A DNA stretch of 64,000 nt from Haliotis cracherodii. Taxonomy: Eukaryota. The notes below the pieces were generated by a model, which was not told where the DNA came from, ran no database searches, and saw nothing but the letters and a program-made list of their open reading frames with translations. The first letter of the stretch is position 1; each line of letters begins with the position of its first letter. The translations under genes were made by a program, and so were the position numbers. The stretch spans positions 35,650,001-35,714,000 of the forward strand of contig NW_027266270.1 of NCBI RefSeq assembly GCF_022045235.1, in the 5' to 3' direction. Of this stretch, positions 26,996 through 40,449 are shown in pieces.

Positions 26996-27623
26996 TACTC
27001 ATTAGTCTGCCATACAGACCCTGAAACAAATACATCCAAATAAGCCCATGCAATTCTATAATAATTGGCAAGTCTAGATTACTGCAGAAAATGAGGTGAA
27101 CCTCTGCTCCTATTTATTTCATAATAAGATAATTTAGCCCTGTTTTTTCAGTCAAATATTTTATTCCAGAGACTAGATGTGAGTCTTCCCACACCAGACC
27201 TAGACATTCCAGTCAAGACAAATGTAATCAGGGACAAATACAACACACCCAACACCCCACCTAAAGACAGGGCAGACCTCATCACTACGCACACCAGACT
27301 ATTATCCTGGAGGTTAAACACATATGTGATTCTAACACAATTTGGCTGTAGACGCTGTTCAAACAGGCTAGCTAGCCAGAGAGCTTCTTACACAGGGTAT
27401 ATATCACAGAGCAGCCCTAGCCTAGCCTGGAGGTTGTGGGCTCACCCAGACATCTTCAACCTTCGTCCCATACTCCAGTAACTGCACTAGGCACAACTCA
27501 CTGTACCTTCGATGTATTGCATCTACAGTGCAAACATGGTTGAACGGAACAGCAAAATTAGCATTATTAGCATTTCTTTAAATCTTTAACTCTGCAAACC
27601 TGTTATCTATCATCATCAAAAGT

Positions 27624-27747
27624 GAGCAGTATTCAAGCAATGGCAAGGATAACAAAAAATGGCTTCACACATTGCATGTGGGGAATCGAACCTGGGTCTT
27701 TGATGTGACAAAAGAAAGCTTTAACCACTGAGCTACCCCGCCGTCCC
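27624..27747 (-). mobile_element. SINE family A, degenerate with tail deletion
   Basis: GGGGAATCGAACCTGGGTCTT...TTAACCACTGAGCTACCCCG; 14-bp TSD TCATCATCAAAAGT. Confidence 0.82.
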
Positions 27748-29984
27748 TCATCATCAAAAGTCTGTCATTCAATACTCAAGTATGGACTCAGATTTCAAAT
27801 CACATTAACCATCTCTGATGGAAACAGTTGATTTCATGGCTGTGCCACTGAAGATGCTTATATTTACAGAAAGGTTTGTCAGCAGGCATTTTCAAATAAT
27901 AAAATGTACACATATAGATTACAAAATTATTGTTACTCCAATACTTTCTGTGCAAAAAACATGATAGAATGTGTCTGATAATGTGTATCTTGAATATAAG
28001 GGACAACAGAGACTTTGAAATTTGGTGTTTTTCTTCATCTGACAGTGACTTCATACCAACTGTGTCATCACAATCAGTATGACATCGTAATAGTGACGCA
28101 CAGTGCAGAGCTACACCTTGCAAGGCTTGCTAAATTGTCCTCAGGGTCCCCCCACTTCATGTTGGCTTCCAAAGATGCCTGTCACATCTGATACTAAACT
28201 GATGTACAAATACAGTATTTGAGCAGAGATAGCACCATACTATGATGAAAGGCTTTGTTTACATCCAAACACAGCCACTATGCTATGAGGCACTATACAA
28301 AATTCGGAACCAGCAGTCCAAGAAATGAACAAGGAATTGTGTCCTGTGACAATAATCAGAATGTTTGAATTTGTCACTGCTATCTCCTAATGTGTCATTG
28401 ACCTATATGCTGTACCGGTAGTATCTGCATTTACTATACATCCTATACACCCATGGGCCCACAGCAACCCATATCTCAGACCAAGAGAGTTGACCAAATT
28501 GGATCCGGTGGTCCCACTAACTGCCCAGTCGTTTCCATGGTTCCATCACTTCAAATACTAGTTTGTCTCTTTCAGACTTGGTAACTGACATGCCATTATG
28601 GTATACATTGAATGTTGCTGACTGTGGCATAAAGAACAATCACTGTATCAGAAGAAAAGTCACAAGAAAAATTAATTCACTCACAAACAAAAATCCCAAA
28701 GGTAAAACAACCATACACCTGTAGAAAATTATGTAGGAGCTGCGAAGCTCAACAGCTCCTGACATGATCTTTAACAACAAGCTTCCCAGATGTGCCAGGC
28801 ACCTGTTCATCCAACAACCGGTCGCGTTCAATCACGAGCACAATCTAGTCAATTTCCTCATTGTCCCATCAATCAACAGTGTTCCATTCTCAAGCGGTCT
28901 TACATATTCAGAGCTAGCAGATATAATGATTGGTGCTTCATGCGGAAAAGAATCCTGATTTCACTGGGCATTAACGACCTCAGTCTGCTATTGATTCATG
29001 GGTTACCAGTCAATTTTCTTGTGCGTTTAAAGGACACGAAAAGTCATATCCTTGTTCCGTCCCTTGCTTGCATGATGCATCCGATTCTAATCCAAAGCCA
29101 TCCTCAAACAAATCATCTGGATTTCTCTTTTGCATCAGTGACCAGTCTTGGCTTGTTATTTTCAAATTCAGATGATTATGTGTCGTCAGTTATGGACAGA
29201 TTTTCAAGAGCATGATAGGAAATTTGTGACCACGCAATCCTTGTCTCCTCCATCAGGCGGTTGTTATTCATCAAGCGTTCGACATGCAATGGTCTTCATG
29301 CAAGAAATCCGCACCCTTGACCGTTGCTCAAGTTACATGTTGTCATGGCGTCATAACTGCAAGGACGACAGTACCAGCATCATGCTTGAATTATTTTCAT
29401 AACATTAACACTTTCAATGAAATTGTAACTCCCTCAAAAATATAAATATGCAATCTGTTTTGTATAAACATTGATTTCAGACACTGTTCCAGAAAGATGA
29501 ATTTAAATGCTGCATTAATGATCAGAGATGAGAATGAAATATGAATATTGTGAAACACAGCATTTTTGGCCATAGTTGTCAGGCATTGAGCAACGATCCC
29601 TGCTGTCGGGGTACGTACAATGTTGCCTGTGCATGTGTGTGTGTGTGCGCGTGTGCGTGCGTACACAAATGTCTGCTTGTACAAATCTGGACTGAAATGC
29701 CAGTTTTATAGTGCCATGCCACAGTTTAGGTAAGGGTAACAACAAATACTATCTTTTAACATCTCTTGGTATTGCACGTATTGAGATTGAACAACTGATC
29801 TTCTCTTTTCAGGCCAGACACCATATCCACTGGACCATGGAGGTGGTCAACAAGATTATCGTGATAGGAAATGTGAGTCAAGGGCAATAATCCTGCCATT
29901 AACTACTCTAAAGACATTGTGGCATGTCAGAGTAACTACAGGACGGTGAAAGAATCAGGTGTTCTTTAACTTCTTTTGAGTAGT

Positions 29985-30364
29985 CAGTGTTTGGCACTGA
30001 CCAAAATGTCAGTGGTCCAAAGGACCAGCACACAGAAAAATCTACTGGTCCTGTTGGATCTCTACTGGACACAAAGGTGCTGACCAAAACAGGTCTTAAA
30101 TTGCAGATACTTTATCATGTTCATACAACAAGTGAGCATGCATAATTAGAAGGAAGCCACTGCACACGCAGTTGTCTCGGTTGCAGGTCTTGCTCAGTGT
30201 TTAGAGTCAATCTATTGCCAATTTCAAAAGTTGTTTAAACTTATTTAAGATTACCTTGTTTCGTAGCAAATGTAACAAGCGGACCAGCATCTATTTAATT
30301 TTACTGCTCCTTTAGGAAATATACTAGAGGTGTGCCAGCGGGCCAGTGTTGGTGTGGAACACTA
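29985..30364. mobile_element. MITE with CAGTGTT termini and GGACCAG/CTGGTCC subterminal motifs
   Basis: CAGTGTTTGGCAC ... GTGTGGAACACTA; AGTAGT on both flanks. Confidence 0.55.
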
Positions 30365-30977
30365 GTAGTGTATATGACGATGAAAGAGAGAAGTGATTGA
30401 ATCACATTGGGCATCTCGATCCTCCTTTACCAAGTTTCTCATCCTCAAACAATTAACGTAGAATAAAAACCAATTAGCAATGTAAAAACTCTGCATCAGC
30501 ATTTCGCCAAGTGTGTTCACGTGGCATTTCCATATGCAAGAACTGACTCCTTATCTCCTACAGTCTCCACAAGACCTTTGATAGGGAGTCTGCAGCAGGG
30601 CTGATACATAACAAAGCTTCCAGCAAACCATTACATATTGTCCAGAACATGCCTCAAGAAAAGATAAAAGTGACAGCTCTACTCCAGGTATCCTTCAGAA
30701 TCTACTGGTTTTGTTATAGGCTCCACTGGTCCACAGATATAAAGTAAAAAACCTCTTGGAAGCTTCAACAAATAACAAATTCAACCTTCAGTGTAATACT
30801 GAAAGTGTGTGATTTATTATACATGTATACATACTTAGCACAAGGGATGAGGATATCTGAGACAAGTGGATGCTTCACTGCAATACAGAGAAAACTAACA
30901 CTTCACATCAGGGCAATATCAATTTGACAGAACTTCTTCATGTCTGCATTATCACCCTTATAATTATTTTGGTAAAA

Positions 30978-31139
30978 TGAGTGAGTCAGTATGGTTTTAC
31001 ACCGCTTTTAGCAATATTCCAGCAATATCACGGCAGGGGACACCAGAAATGGGCTTCACATGTACCCATGTAGGGAATCAAACCCAGGTCTAAAGCATGA
31101 CCGGGAAATGCATTAACCACCAGGCTACCCCACCAACCC
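30978..31139 (-). mobile_element. SINE family A
   Basis: Colinear with the 14847 and 62459 copies. Confidence 0.88.
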
Positions 31140-31852
31140 TGAGTTTGGTTAAAGAACTATGTTAGTACTTCAGTTACACCACTGTATGTCAGCTTGGTGT
31201 GGGAGGAAAGACCACAGTGATGCAGGACTTGTCATGTTTATCACTTTAGTGGAACTATGAGCACAGGCATGCTAATGACAGACCTGGAAACAGCGAGAAA
31301 CTGTTATTCAAATCCATGATCAAAGTTTCCTGGGTCTCCAAGGGATGAAACTCTGCACAGCGAATTGAAGCATCTTCTATGAATGAGCCACCCATGCCAA
31401 CTTATGTGTACTAACATGTCAAGGTTTCATGACCATCAGTTGCTTGGGTCTTTTCTGTTCTAGAGTACCCACGGGACAGGAAAGACCAGTTATATTTCTG
31501 CCAATGACCTAATAAGCCTTCTAGAATACATGACTCTAGCTACGAAAGTTGTTGATTCATATAAGGTAAAGCCAGACTGTTACACTGCATATCTTGTCCC
31601 TGATTAGACACACACTGACCATGAGTAATCCAATTACCGTCCCAGTCAGCTAACAGGAGAAGCTCTACCAATAGCAGTAATGTGATTTTGCCACTTAACA
31701 CCCTTTCAGATAGTTTCCGTTTGGGTTTTATCTTATTAAAAGCTCCTGACCTGTCTCCAAGCTAGGCCTGACCTTTGGGCTGATGAGGATAAGTGTCAGA
31801 GTATGAAGACAATTCCCTGGGCTGTTGTCTGATGACAGGTATGTAAACAGAG

Positions 31853-32498
31853 CTGATTGAAGAAGATCTCGGAGAGGAGGCTGGCTGTCTGGCCATAGGA
31901 AGGACAGTCTGTCCCATTGGTCATCTGACTGAAGATCTCGGAAAGGAGGCTGTCTTTCCATAGGAAGGACAGTCTGTCCCATTGGTCATCTGATTGAAGA
32001 TCTCGGAGAGGAAGCTGTCTGGCCATAGGAAGGACAGTCTGTCCCATTGGTCATCTGATTGAAGATCTCGGAGAGGAGGCTGTCTTTCCATAGGAAGGAC
32101 AGTCTGTCCCATTGGTCATCTGATTGAAGATCTCGGAGAGGAGGCTGTCTGGCCATAGGAAGGACAGTCTGTCCCATTGGTCATCTGATTGAAGATCTCG
32201 GAGAGGAGGCTGTCTGGCCATAGGAAGGACAGTCTGTCCCATTGGTCATCTGATTGAAGATCTCGGAGAGGAGGCTGTCTGGCCATAGGAAGGACAGTCT
32301 GTCCCATTGGTCATCTGATTGAAGATCTCGGGCTGTCTTTCCATAGGAAGGACAGTCTGTTCCATTGGTCATCTGATTGAAGATCTCAGAGAGGAGGCTG
32401 TCTTTCCATAGGAAGGACAGTCTGTCCCATTGGTCATCTGACTGAAGATCTCGGAGAGGAGGCTGACGGCCATAGGATGGACTGTCTGTTCCATTGGT
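31853..32498. repeat. 65-bp minisatellite, ~10 copies
   Basis: Unit CTGATTGAAGATCTCGGAGAGGAGGCTGTCTGGCCATAGGAAGGACAGTCTGTCCCATTGGTCAT. Confidence 0.97.
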
Positions 32499-32544
32499 CT
32501 AAGATGTTAATGCTACAATATTTAAGCTCTTAATGATTATCTAA

Positions 32545-33139
32545 ACTGCAGGAAGTGGTCCACTGTCAGTGTGGCCATCTTGTACTGCAGGAAGTGGTCC
32601 ACTGTCAGTGTGGTCATCTTGTACTGAAGGAAGTGGTCCACTGTCAGTGTGGTCATCTTGTACTGAAGGAAGTGGTCCACTGACAGTGTGGTCATCTTGT
32701 ACTGAAGGAAGTGGTCCACTGACAGTGTGGCCATCTTGTACTGCAAGAAGTGGTCCACTGACGGTGTGGTCATCTTGTACTGCAGGAAGTGGTCCACTGA
32801 CAGTGTGGTCATCTTGTACTGAAGGAAGTGGTCCACTGTCAGTGTGGTCATCTTGTACTCAAGGAAGTGGTCCACTGTCAGTATGGTCATCTTGTACTCA
32901 AGGAAGTGGTCCACTGTCAGTGGCTTCATCTTGTACTCCAGGAAGTGGTCCACTGTAAGTGTGGCCATCTTGTACTGCAGGAAGTGGTCCACTGTCAGTG
33001 TGGTCATCTTGTACTGCAGGAAGTGGTCCACTGTCAGTGTGGTCATCTTGTACTGCAGAAAGTGGTCCACTGTCAGTGCGGTCATCTTGTACTGAAGGAA
33101 GTGGTCCACTGACAGTGTGGTCATCTTGTACTGCAGGAA
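32545..33139. repeat. 39-bp minisatellite, ~15 copies
   Basis: Unit CTGCAGGAAGTGGTCCACTGTCAGTGTGGTCATCTTGTA. Confidence 0.97.
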
Positions 33140-33244
33140 CTAAGACCAACATAAGAGCCCAATTGGATAAGTCATCTCCCAGATTTACACTTTAAAACTT
33201 GTGGGCATTTTTATACTATAAAAAATCTTGATTCTTGATTCTAG

Positions 33245-34840
33245 TACTGTAGGAAGTGGCCACTATGTCAGTGTAGAGTCTTCTTACTACAGGAAGTGTT
33301 CACTATGTCAGTGTGGAGTCTTCACACTAAAGGAAGTGGCCACTATGTCAGTGTAGAGTCTTCTTACTACAGGAAGTGGCCACTATGTCAGTGTGGAGTC
33401 TTCACACTAAAGGAAGTGGCCACTATGTCAGTGTGGAGTCTTCTTACTACAGGAAGTGGCCACTATGTCAGTGTGGAGTCTTCACACTAAAGGAAGTGGC
33501 CACTATGTCAGTGTAGAGTCTTCTTACTACAGGAAGTGGCCACTTTGTCAGTGTGGAGTCTTCACACTAAAGGAAGTGGCCACTATGTCAGTGTGGGGTC
33601 TTCACACTACAGGAAGTGGCCACTATGTCAGTGTGGGGTCTTCACACTACAGGAAGTGGCCACTCTGTCAGTGTGGAGTCTTCACTCTACAGGAAGTGGC
33701 CACAATATCAGTGTGGAGTCTTCACACTACAGGAAGTGTTCACTTTGTCAGTGTGGAGTCTTCACTCTACAGGAAGTGGACACTCTGTCAGTGTGGAGTC
33801 TTCACTCTACAGGAAGTGGCCACTATGTCAGTGTGGAGTCTTCACTCTACAGGAAGTGGCCACTATGTCAGTGTGTGGAGTCTTCACTCTACAGGAAGTG
33901 GCCACTATATCAGTGTGGAGTCTTCACTCTACAGGAAGTGACCATTATGTTTGTGTGGGGTCTTCACACTAAAGGAAGTGGCCACTATATCAGTGTGGAG
34001 TCTTCACTCTACAGGAAGTAGCCACTATGTTAGTGTGGAGTCTTCACACTACAGGAAGTGGCCACTATGCCAGTGTGGAGTCTCCACTGTACAGGAAGTG
34101 GCCACTTTGTCAGTGTGGAGTCTTCACTCTACAGGAAGTGGCCACTCTGTCAGTGTGGAGTCTTCACTCTACAGGAAGTGGCCACTCTGTCAGTGTGGAG
34201 TCCTCACTCTACAGGAAGTGGCCACAATATCAGTGTGGAGTCTTCACACTACAGGAAGTGTTCACTTTGTCAGTGTGGAGTCTTCACTCTACAGGAAGTG
34301 GCCACTCTGTCAGTGTGGAGTCTTCACTCTACAGGAAGTGGCCACTATGTCAGTGTGGAGTCTTCACTCTACAGGAAGTGGCCACTATGTCAGTGTGTGG
34401 AGTCTTCACTCTACAGGAAGTGGCCACTATATCAGTGTGGAGTCTTCACTCTACAGGAAGTGACCATTATGTTTGTGTGGGGTCTTCACACTAAAGGAAG
34501 TGGCCACTATATCAGTGTGGAGTCTTCACTCTACAGGAAGTAGCCACTATGTTAGTGTGGAGTCTTCACACTACAGGAAGTGGCCACTATGCCAGTGTGG
34601 AGTCTCCGCTGTACAGGAAGTGGCCACTATGCCAGTGTGGAGTCTCCACTGTACAGGAAGTGGCCACTTTGTCAGTGTGGAGTCTTCACACTAAAGGAAG
34701 TGGCCACTATGTCAGTGTGGAGTCTTCACTCTACAGGAAGTGGCCACTATGTCAGTGTGGAGTCTTCACTCTACAGGAAGTGGCCACTATGTCAGTGTGG
34801 AGTCTTCACTCTACAGGAAGTGGCCACTATATCAGTGCGG
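33245..34840. repeat. 40-bp minisatellite, ~40 copies
   Basis: Unit TACAGGAAGTGGCCACTATGTCAGTGTGGAGTCTTCACTC. Confidence 0.97.
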
Positions 34841-36122
34841 TCAGACATCTGCCACCTTAAAGGATCAATGACTCACATGATCATCCTGACATTGCTGGTG
34901 CCCTTACTTAATGGTACAAATGAGGTCAGTGGTTAACATCGCATCAAATTGCATTGACCAGCTATTCCCATGTCTGCTGACTTGAATGTTCTAAGGATTT
35001 CATGGTCGCAGCAACCATGGCTTTTATTCACTCATCGACATCCTACAAACCAAATCATTGGTTGGAATAACATCATCTTTCCACAATGTCTCCTAGATTC
35101 AGCGTCCATCAGCATCATTCATCCAAGAAGTATTCACTCTTCTTCATTTGTCCAACTCAGCAACCATAATACCAAATCATCTAACAGTTACATATTCATT
35201 GAACTTTTATCATGATACAGGCCTGTGAAATTCGAACATATCCTCTTATAACATGGTCATCAATTCCAGGAACATACAGGATGACAATAATACATGGCTG
35301 CACACACTCTCGGTATGGCGCCATTCCAGCAGTAAACCTTTGGCTTACTGTCAACATCAATAACACGGCTAAACTGACCGGATAAAGTTTCCCATTTCCT
35401 TGCAAGCATGTATTATCAAACACAGACTGGTCTTTATCCCCATAATGAAGGTAATCCTCTTGCCAGGGATTTAGAGATGCCTGGACCATGTGCCTGGCTG
35501 TGTTATATTAATTACTGGTCATCTCCAAGGCTTAGTAATGCTAATCCTGAGCATGTTGCCAAGTTAAACGATCATCTCATTTGAAGTTGTAGTGACTGAT
35601 GAGATAGGAAGAATGCATTTTCAGATATAACACAACACTATATCCGTTTGAAAATTGTAACTACATTTGACAATCATTTCCAGTGAAAATATGACCTAAT
35701 TAACATATTTAGGTAAAAACTGGACAAACAGATTTTCTGATTTTGACTTTACAGCAATAACACACCGAGCCTGAGTTCATTTGACGTTAGTTTGTTTGTT
35801 TTGTTTGTTTGTTTGTTGTTGAACGCAGCACCCAGCAATATTCCAGCTTTATGACCGCAGTCTTTCAGGTTTTTATGGGTAGTCCAATCTTTTCACTTAA
35901 AGGGCAAGTAATTGTTCCCGATACTTTTTAGTTCTGACACACACAACACTTAGAAAAGCCCCTGTATTTGCTTGTTTACTGTTGAACACTGCATTCTAGC
36001 TATATGACAGCTGACGGTAAACAACTGATTCTGACACAGGCAAACCAATGACTGATTTTATGAGGAATGACCCATGTCATCAGAGTATGTCAGATTCAAC
36101 CAAATCACTGAATCCGGCCATC

Positions 36123-36277
36123 CAGTGAAAGAAATTGGCCCTCATCCTGTAGTCCTTGCCAAACTGCCCAACAGTTAAAGTATCATGAGGACAAGTACAT
36201 ATTTGACATTTTGAAGGTTTTGCTACATGTAATCATCACAAGTACTAGAGGACTAAATATGTTAGTTTCTATCACTG
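36123..36277. mobile_element. Same MITE family, inserted in a family D retroposon
   Basis: CAGTGAAAGAAATTGG...GTTTCTATCACTG; family D sequence continues on both sides. Confidence 0.78.
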
Positions 36278-36924
36278 TCATCTGATTTAGTAAGTCACAT
36301 CTTTCAACAAGGATAAAATGCTGAATGATGAGACAGCGTCAAGCCCTTGTCAGAACCCTAATGTTAACAGTTACAAAAATAGTGTTGCTTGATACAAATA
36401 ACAAAGAAGACCTCAAGGACCCCCGAACCTTAATTTTTTTCTACACAGTGTTACATATTCTGATCTCAGTGAACAAAAGCCCTGTGGGTACTGTCCATCT
36501 TCAGACAGAATATTTGTGACATTGTCAACACTTCATAGCAAGGTCCATAAATAAATAACAGAGTAAACCAAACACTTCCTGCGTGCTTCCTTGAAAATCA
36601 ACCAACATTATTGTTGACTATCAAACAATATTACTGCAAAGTAACCAGTCTATCAGCACTGAGAGACTGGCCAGTGCCACGGGAAACAGACATGATGAAA
36701 GATAAGCACACAGGTCCATGGTCGGCAAGTGGAAGTCTGCCACAGTGAATCAGATGTTCTTCAGCATGCCCGTTTCTTGTTTTGCTCAGAAGCAGGAAAC
36801 ATAACCACCCAATCAAAGATGAGTGAAAGAGGGTGAGTGAATGAAATCGGTAAGTCATGGATGTAGATAAGCACGACAAATGATGAGGATAAGAATGGGA
36901 ATCGACAAGACAAGTGTAACTTAC

Positions 36925-37074
36925 TTCTTGCTTTGTGCGCTTTCTTTGACGTGGGCTGCCATCGTATCTCTGTCATGTCATTGCTGAGCGAGAAGAAGCG
37001 GTGGTACTGCCGACTGTTGGATCGCACCTTTATCAACTCACTGCCATTCTGCATGTACGCCAGGCAGTCCTGGG
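36925..37074 (-). CDS. PLCL: PLC-like protein (PLCL/PRIP) exon, N-terminal half of PH domain
   Basis: Translates to QDCLAYMQNGSELIKVRSNSRQYHRFFSLSNDMTEIRWQPTSKKAHKAR, closely resembling the PLCL1/2 PH domain as recalled (DC..M.EGSELKKVRSNSRIYHRYF...RW.PSKK). Acceptor TGTTTTGTGTTTTCAG, donor GTAAGT; 150 nt, phase 1/1. Confidence 0.95.
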
Positions 37075-38050
37075 CTGAAAACACAAAACATGCATTAGAT
37101 AAATAATTATCCAGCGTTCACTCCAGAGCATAGCAATTGTTAGTTTGTTTGTTTGTTGTTTAACGCCACCCTAATCAATATTCCAGCTACATGATGTTAG
37201 TCTGTAAATAGTCCAGTCTAACCAGACAAACCAGTGATTGATATCATGAGCATCGATCTAAACAACTGGGATACAATGACATACATCAATCAAGGCAGTG
37301 AGCCTGACCAGACAATCCATTTAGTCACCTCTTTATGACATTCTCAGGTGGCAGGGGACCAATTATAATTCGGATATGAATGAGATATTTCAGTTATGAC
37401 ACTGAAAATATCAGCAATGTGTGTCACAAGGGCGTAAAGTTTCTATATCTAGCTTGTATGTTGAAGCGAGCAGAGTGTGTACTGCCTGTTGCAAAACAAT
37501 TGCTATCCAAAGCATGACACCTTTACCTCTATTCTTGTCATACAATGAACAAGGATCATTCTGTGAATTTTCTGATGTGGGCCGGCCCATTTAGCACTGA
37601 TAAGTGACATTTGGAACAATTCATGTGATGCCTATATAATACTCTGTAATAAAGCCCCACTGCTTTTGAAAATGTGGGCTTTTTTTCAGATTTATGGGCC
37701 AAAAGCCCAAGGGCCCTTCCTAGAATTATCCCTGGAGGCAACTTAATGGATTCAGAGGTCAAGCCTGGTGACTTTGTTAATTGCATGTCCTTACAGCACT
37801 CAACGGGTGACAAGATTTACCATATCAAGTATGATTCAATTGGTGAGTGGGCATTCCAGGCTAGAGGCTGGTCATGAGAGGCCAACCACATAGCTTGCGT
37901 GGTCACTGGTCACTGTCATCTATTCCTGACAGGATGTAGAACAAAACATTAATCACTGGTATGTGTGGTCCAGGCTATGTCACGTTCAGCTAACTCCCAT
38001 ATTACTGCTGACTGCGGTGTTCAACAGGAAGCAACCATCACTACCTTCTT

Positions 38051-38394
38051 ACTAAACAATAGTGACATTTCATCATAACCCTCTAACTAAACAGTGCAAA
38101 TAGTGACGTTTCATCGTAACCCTCAAACTAAACAGTGCAAATAGTGACGTTTCATCATAACTCTCTAACTAAACAGTGCAAATAGTGACGTTTCATCATA
38201 ACCCTCTAACTAAACAGTGCAAATAGTGACGTTTCATCATAACCCTCTAACTAAACAGTGCAAATAGTGACGTTTCATCGTTACCCTCAAACTAAACAGT
38301 GCAAATAGTGACGTTTCATCGTTACCCTCGAACGGAACAGTGCAAATGGTGACGTTTCATTGATACCCTCGAACTAAACAGTGCAAATGGTGAC
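38051..38394. repeat. 41-bp minisatellite, ~8 copies
   Basis: Unit ACTAAACAGTGCAAATAGTGACGTTTCATCATAACCCTCTA. Confidence 0.95.
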
Positions 38395-38606
38395 CAAAGT
38401 TTTGGTGTGAAAAACTCGGTTACATTGTTTATAAATAGGCAAGAAATCAATTGCATCACTAAAATAATGCGAGTGTTGACACTTTGATAGTCAAATGCGA
38501 GAAGCCCTTCCTCTTCACAAACTAAACTTCAATTGTTTGACATGAAATCAAAAGTAGGAGATTCCAGCTGCACATTTTCAAATGAGACAGGTCAGGTCAC
38601 TGATGA

Positions 38607-38836
38607 TTTGTTTGTTGTTTAACGCCGCACTCCAGCTATATGACAGCTGTATGTAAATAATCAACTCTGTACCAGACAATCAAGTGATTGACATCATGAG
38701 CAACAATGCACCCAGTTGGGATACGATGACATGCATCAACCAAGTCAGCAAGCCTGACCACCCCATCCCATTTGTCACCTCTTACGACAAGCATAGTCGC
38801 CTTTTACGGCAAGCATGGATTGCTGAAGACCTATTC
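38607..38836 (-). mobile_element. Family D retroposon with duplicated hairpin module
   Basis: TTTGTTTGTTGTTTAACGCCGCAC tail; GTCACCTCTTACGACAAGCAT followed by AGTCGCCTTTTACGGCAAGCAT. Confidence 0.82.
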
Positions 38837-39091
38837 ATCACAAGTGTGGTCACTGATGAAGATTGTACAGGTGCCAAGTGTCACTACACCACAGTTAGCA
38901 CAATCCCTTTAACGTAAAGGAGGGTGTTATGTATTCACCACAACTGCTTCTTCTTTAGCGGACACGTCCACTGTGTTGGTGAGCAGTGCTTTGCTTGTAA
39001 TTGTAAGTCATTACTAGTTTATCAAGAACAAAGACACCTTCATACATGGCTGGACGACTGTCATAACAATTGGATCAACTTGTGTAAGCAA

Positions 39092-39437
39092 GACCGCCTC
39101 CGTGGTCTGGTGGTAGTCAGCATCCGCCTGGAGAGCGGAAGGTCCAGGGTTCGATCCCCGGCCGCATCATACCAAAAGATGTTAAAAGATGGTACTTGTT
39201 GTAACCCTGTCTGGCGCTCGGCATTAAGGGGCTAAAACAAGGATTGGTCGGCTCAGAGTCAGTATACTGTGTCTGTGTGGGATATTCATGTTAAACTGCA
39301 GCATGGTATCTCGCTAGCTAGCAGTATGAATCGGCATCAGTTCGGACTAGTACAAGTAGCCACAAAAACATGCACGTCACTGTATAAGTGCAAAAATCTT
39401 GGACGCGATGTTAAATCCCATTTCACCTCACCTCACC
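39092..39437 (+). mobile_element. tRNA-derived SINE family B (Meta-like), full length
   Basis: GGTTCGATCCC B box, CATACCAAAAGATGTTAAAAGATGGTACTTG core, (CACCT)n tail; perfect TSD TTGTGTAAGCAA at 39080-39091 and 39438-39449. Confidence 0.9.
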
Positions 39438-40449
39438 TTGTGTAAGCAAACTGGCCACACTTGACATGGGCCTGGTAAGGAGTACTGTCCAATCTTAGCC
39501 CTCAATCACATTGTTTATTGCTAGCCTTGTTATATGTGTCACTGTTTCCGCCCATGTGCAGTGAACCTGACATGACAATAAACTCCATTATGTCCAGATA
39601 AAAACATGTCACTTTATTAATGCGAATAAGCGACACTTGCATTTTTCACATAAAGTTCATTCACATTAATTTCATGATTTAGAGAATTTGAGTTAATGAT
39701 TTTTTATTCGGAGCCACTACACATCACATTGTTTGGAATGGTCTGTGACAGTATCTACTTAGACTTGCACAAGTCTCTGAAGCAGTAATTATTAGTTTCA
39801 ATCATAATTTCTAGATTATGTAAGTAAGAACAACTAGTCCCAAGAGAGATTGTTCACATATCTAGACTTGCTTATTAGGAGGATAGAATTACTACATATC
39901 CATGGACTTATCTTTCAGTAAAGCCTTAGAGCAAGGCTAGTATCTATATAATGTTCAGAGGCATTCTCAGTGTGCTCTGGCTATTTTAGTTCCAGGGGAA
40001 TACAACTCCACCCCTCACTACCCAAGGAAGGTCATTCACAGCAACCAGTGGCCCCAACATAAGAAAATAAGCATGGCATAGAGAATCTCATCTGATTTTC
40101 ATTTCATATCAACACAAGTTGAAAACAACTTTAAGGCTTGCCAATCATTAAAGTTTGGATATATTTGATGTCCAGAGGCACTCTATTTGAGAAATTTGTG
40201 GGATTCTAATTATCATCCAAAATCAGTCTACGTTTTAAATTTGTAAACAGTAATAACCAGTCTCTTGAGTGTAAAAAGTACAGCTCCAGCTGCAGTAGAC
40301 TAACATCCATTCTGAAATTACCATTGTTCACAGAAAGTAACAATTACTAAATTATTTGACTTGCCCACTATTATAGGCTTGCATGGGCAGTATTGGCCAT
40401 ATCTGTTTCAGGGTCTGTATGACTGACTCCAGCCTCAGCAGCACGTACA

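Larger units (their letters stand above)
8395..36924 (-). other. 28.5-kb GT-AG intron splitting the PH domain
   Basis: GTAAGT...TTACAG; the flanking exons join in frame as KAR|IAVRSVKEVR. Confidence 0.85.

Noticed and set aside
25695-27071. ORFs of 363-436 aa on both strands (HRHITGYQDTPST repeats)
   Set aside because: Product of a 39-bp tandem unit that lacks stops in several frames; intronic, with no domain or supported splice context.
28740-29400. Cluster of short overlapping ORFs with coding-like composition
   Set aside because: Many stops and no recognisable motif; possibly a decayed TE, but this cannot be supported without BLASTx.
32545-34840. Regular repeats resembling a CRISPR array or zinc-finger-like CQCG ORFs
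   Set aside because: No unique spacers, eukaryotic context, and the 40-bp unit shifts frame every copy.
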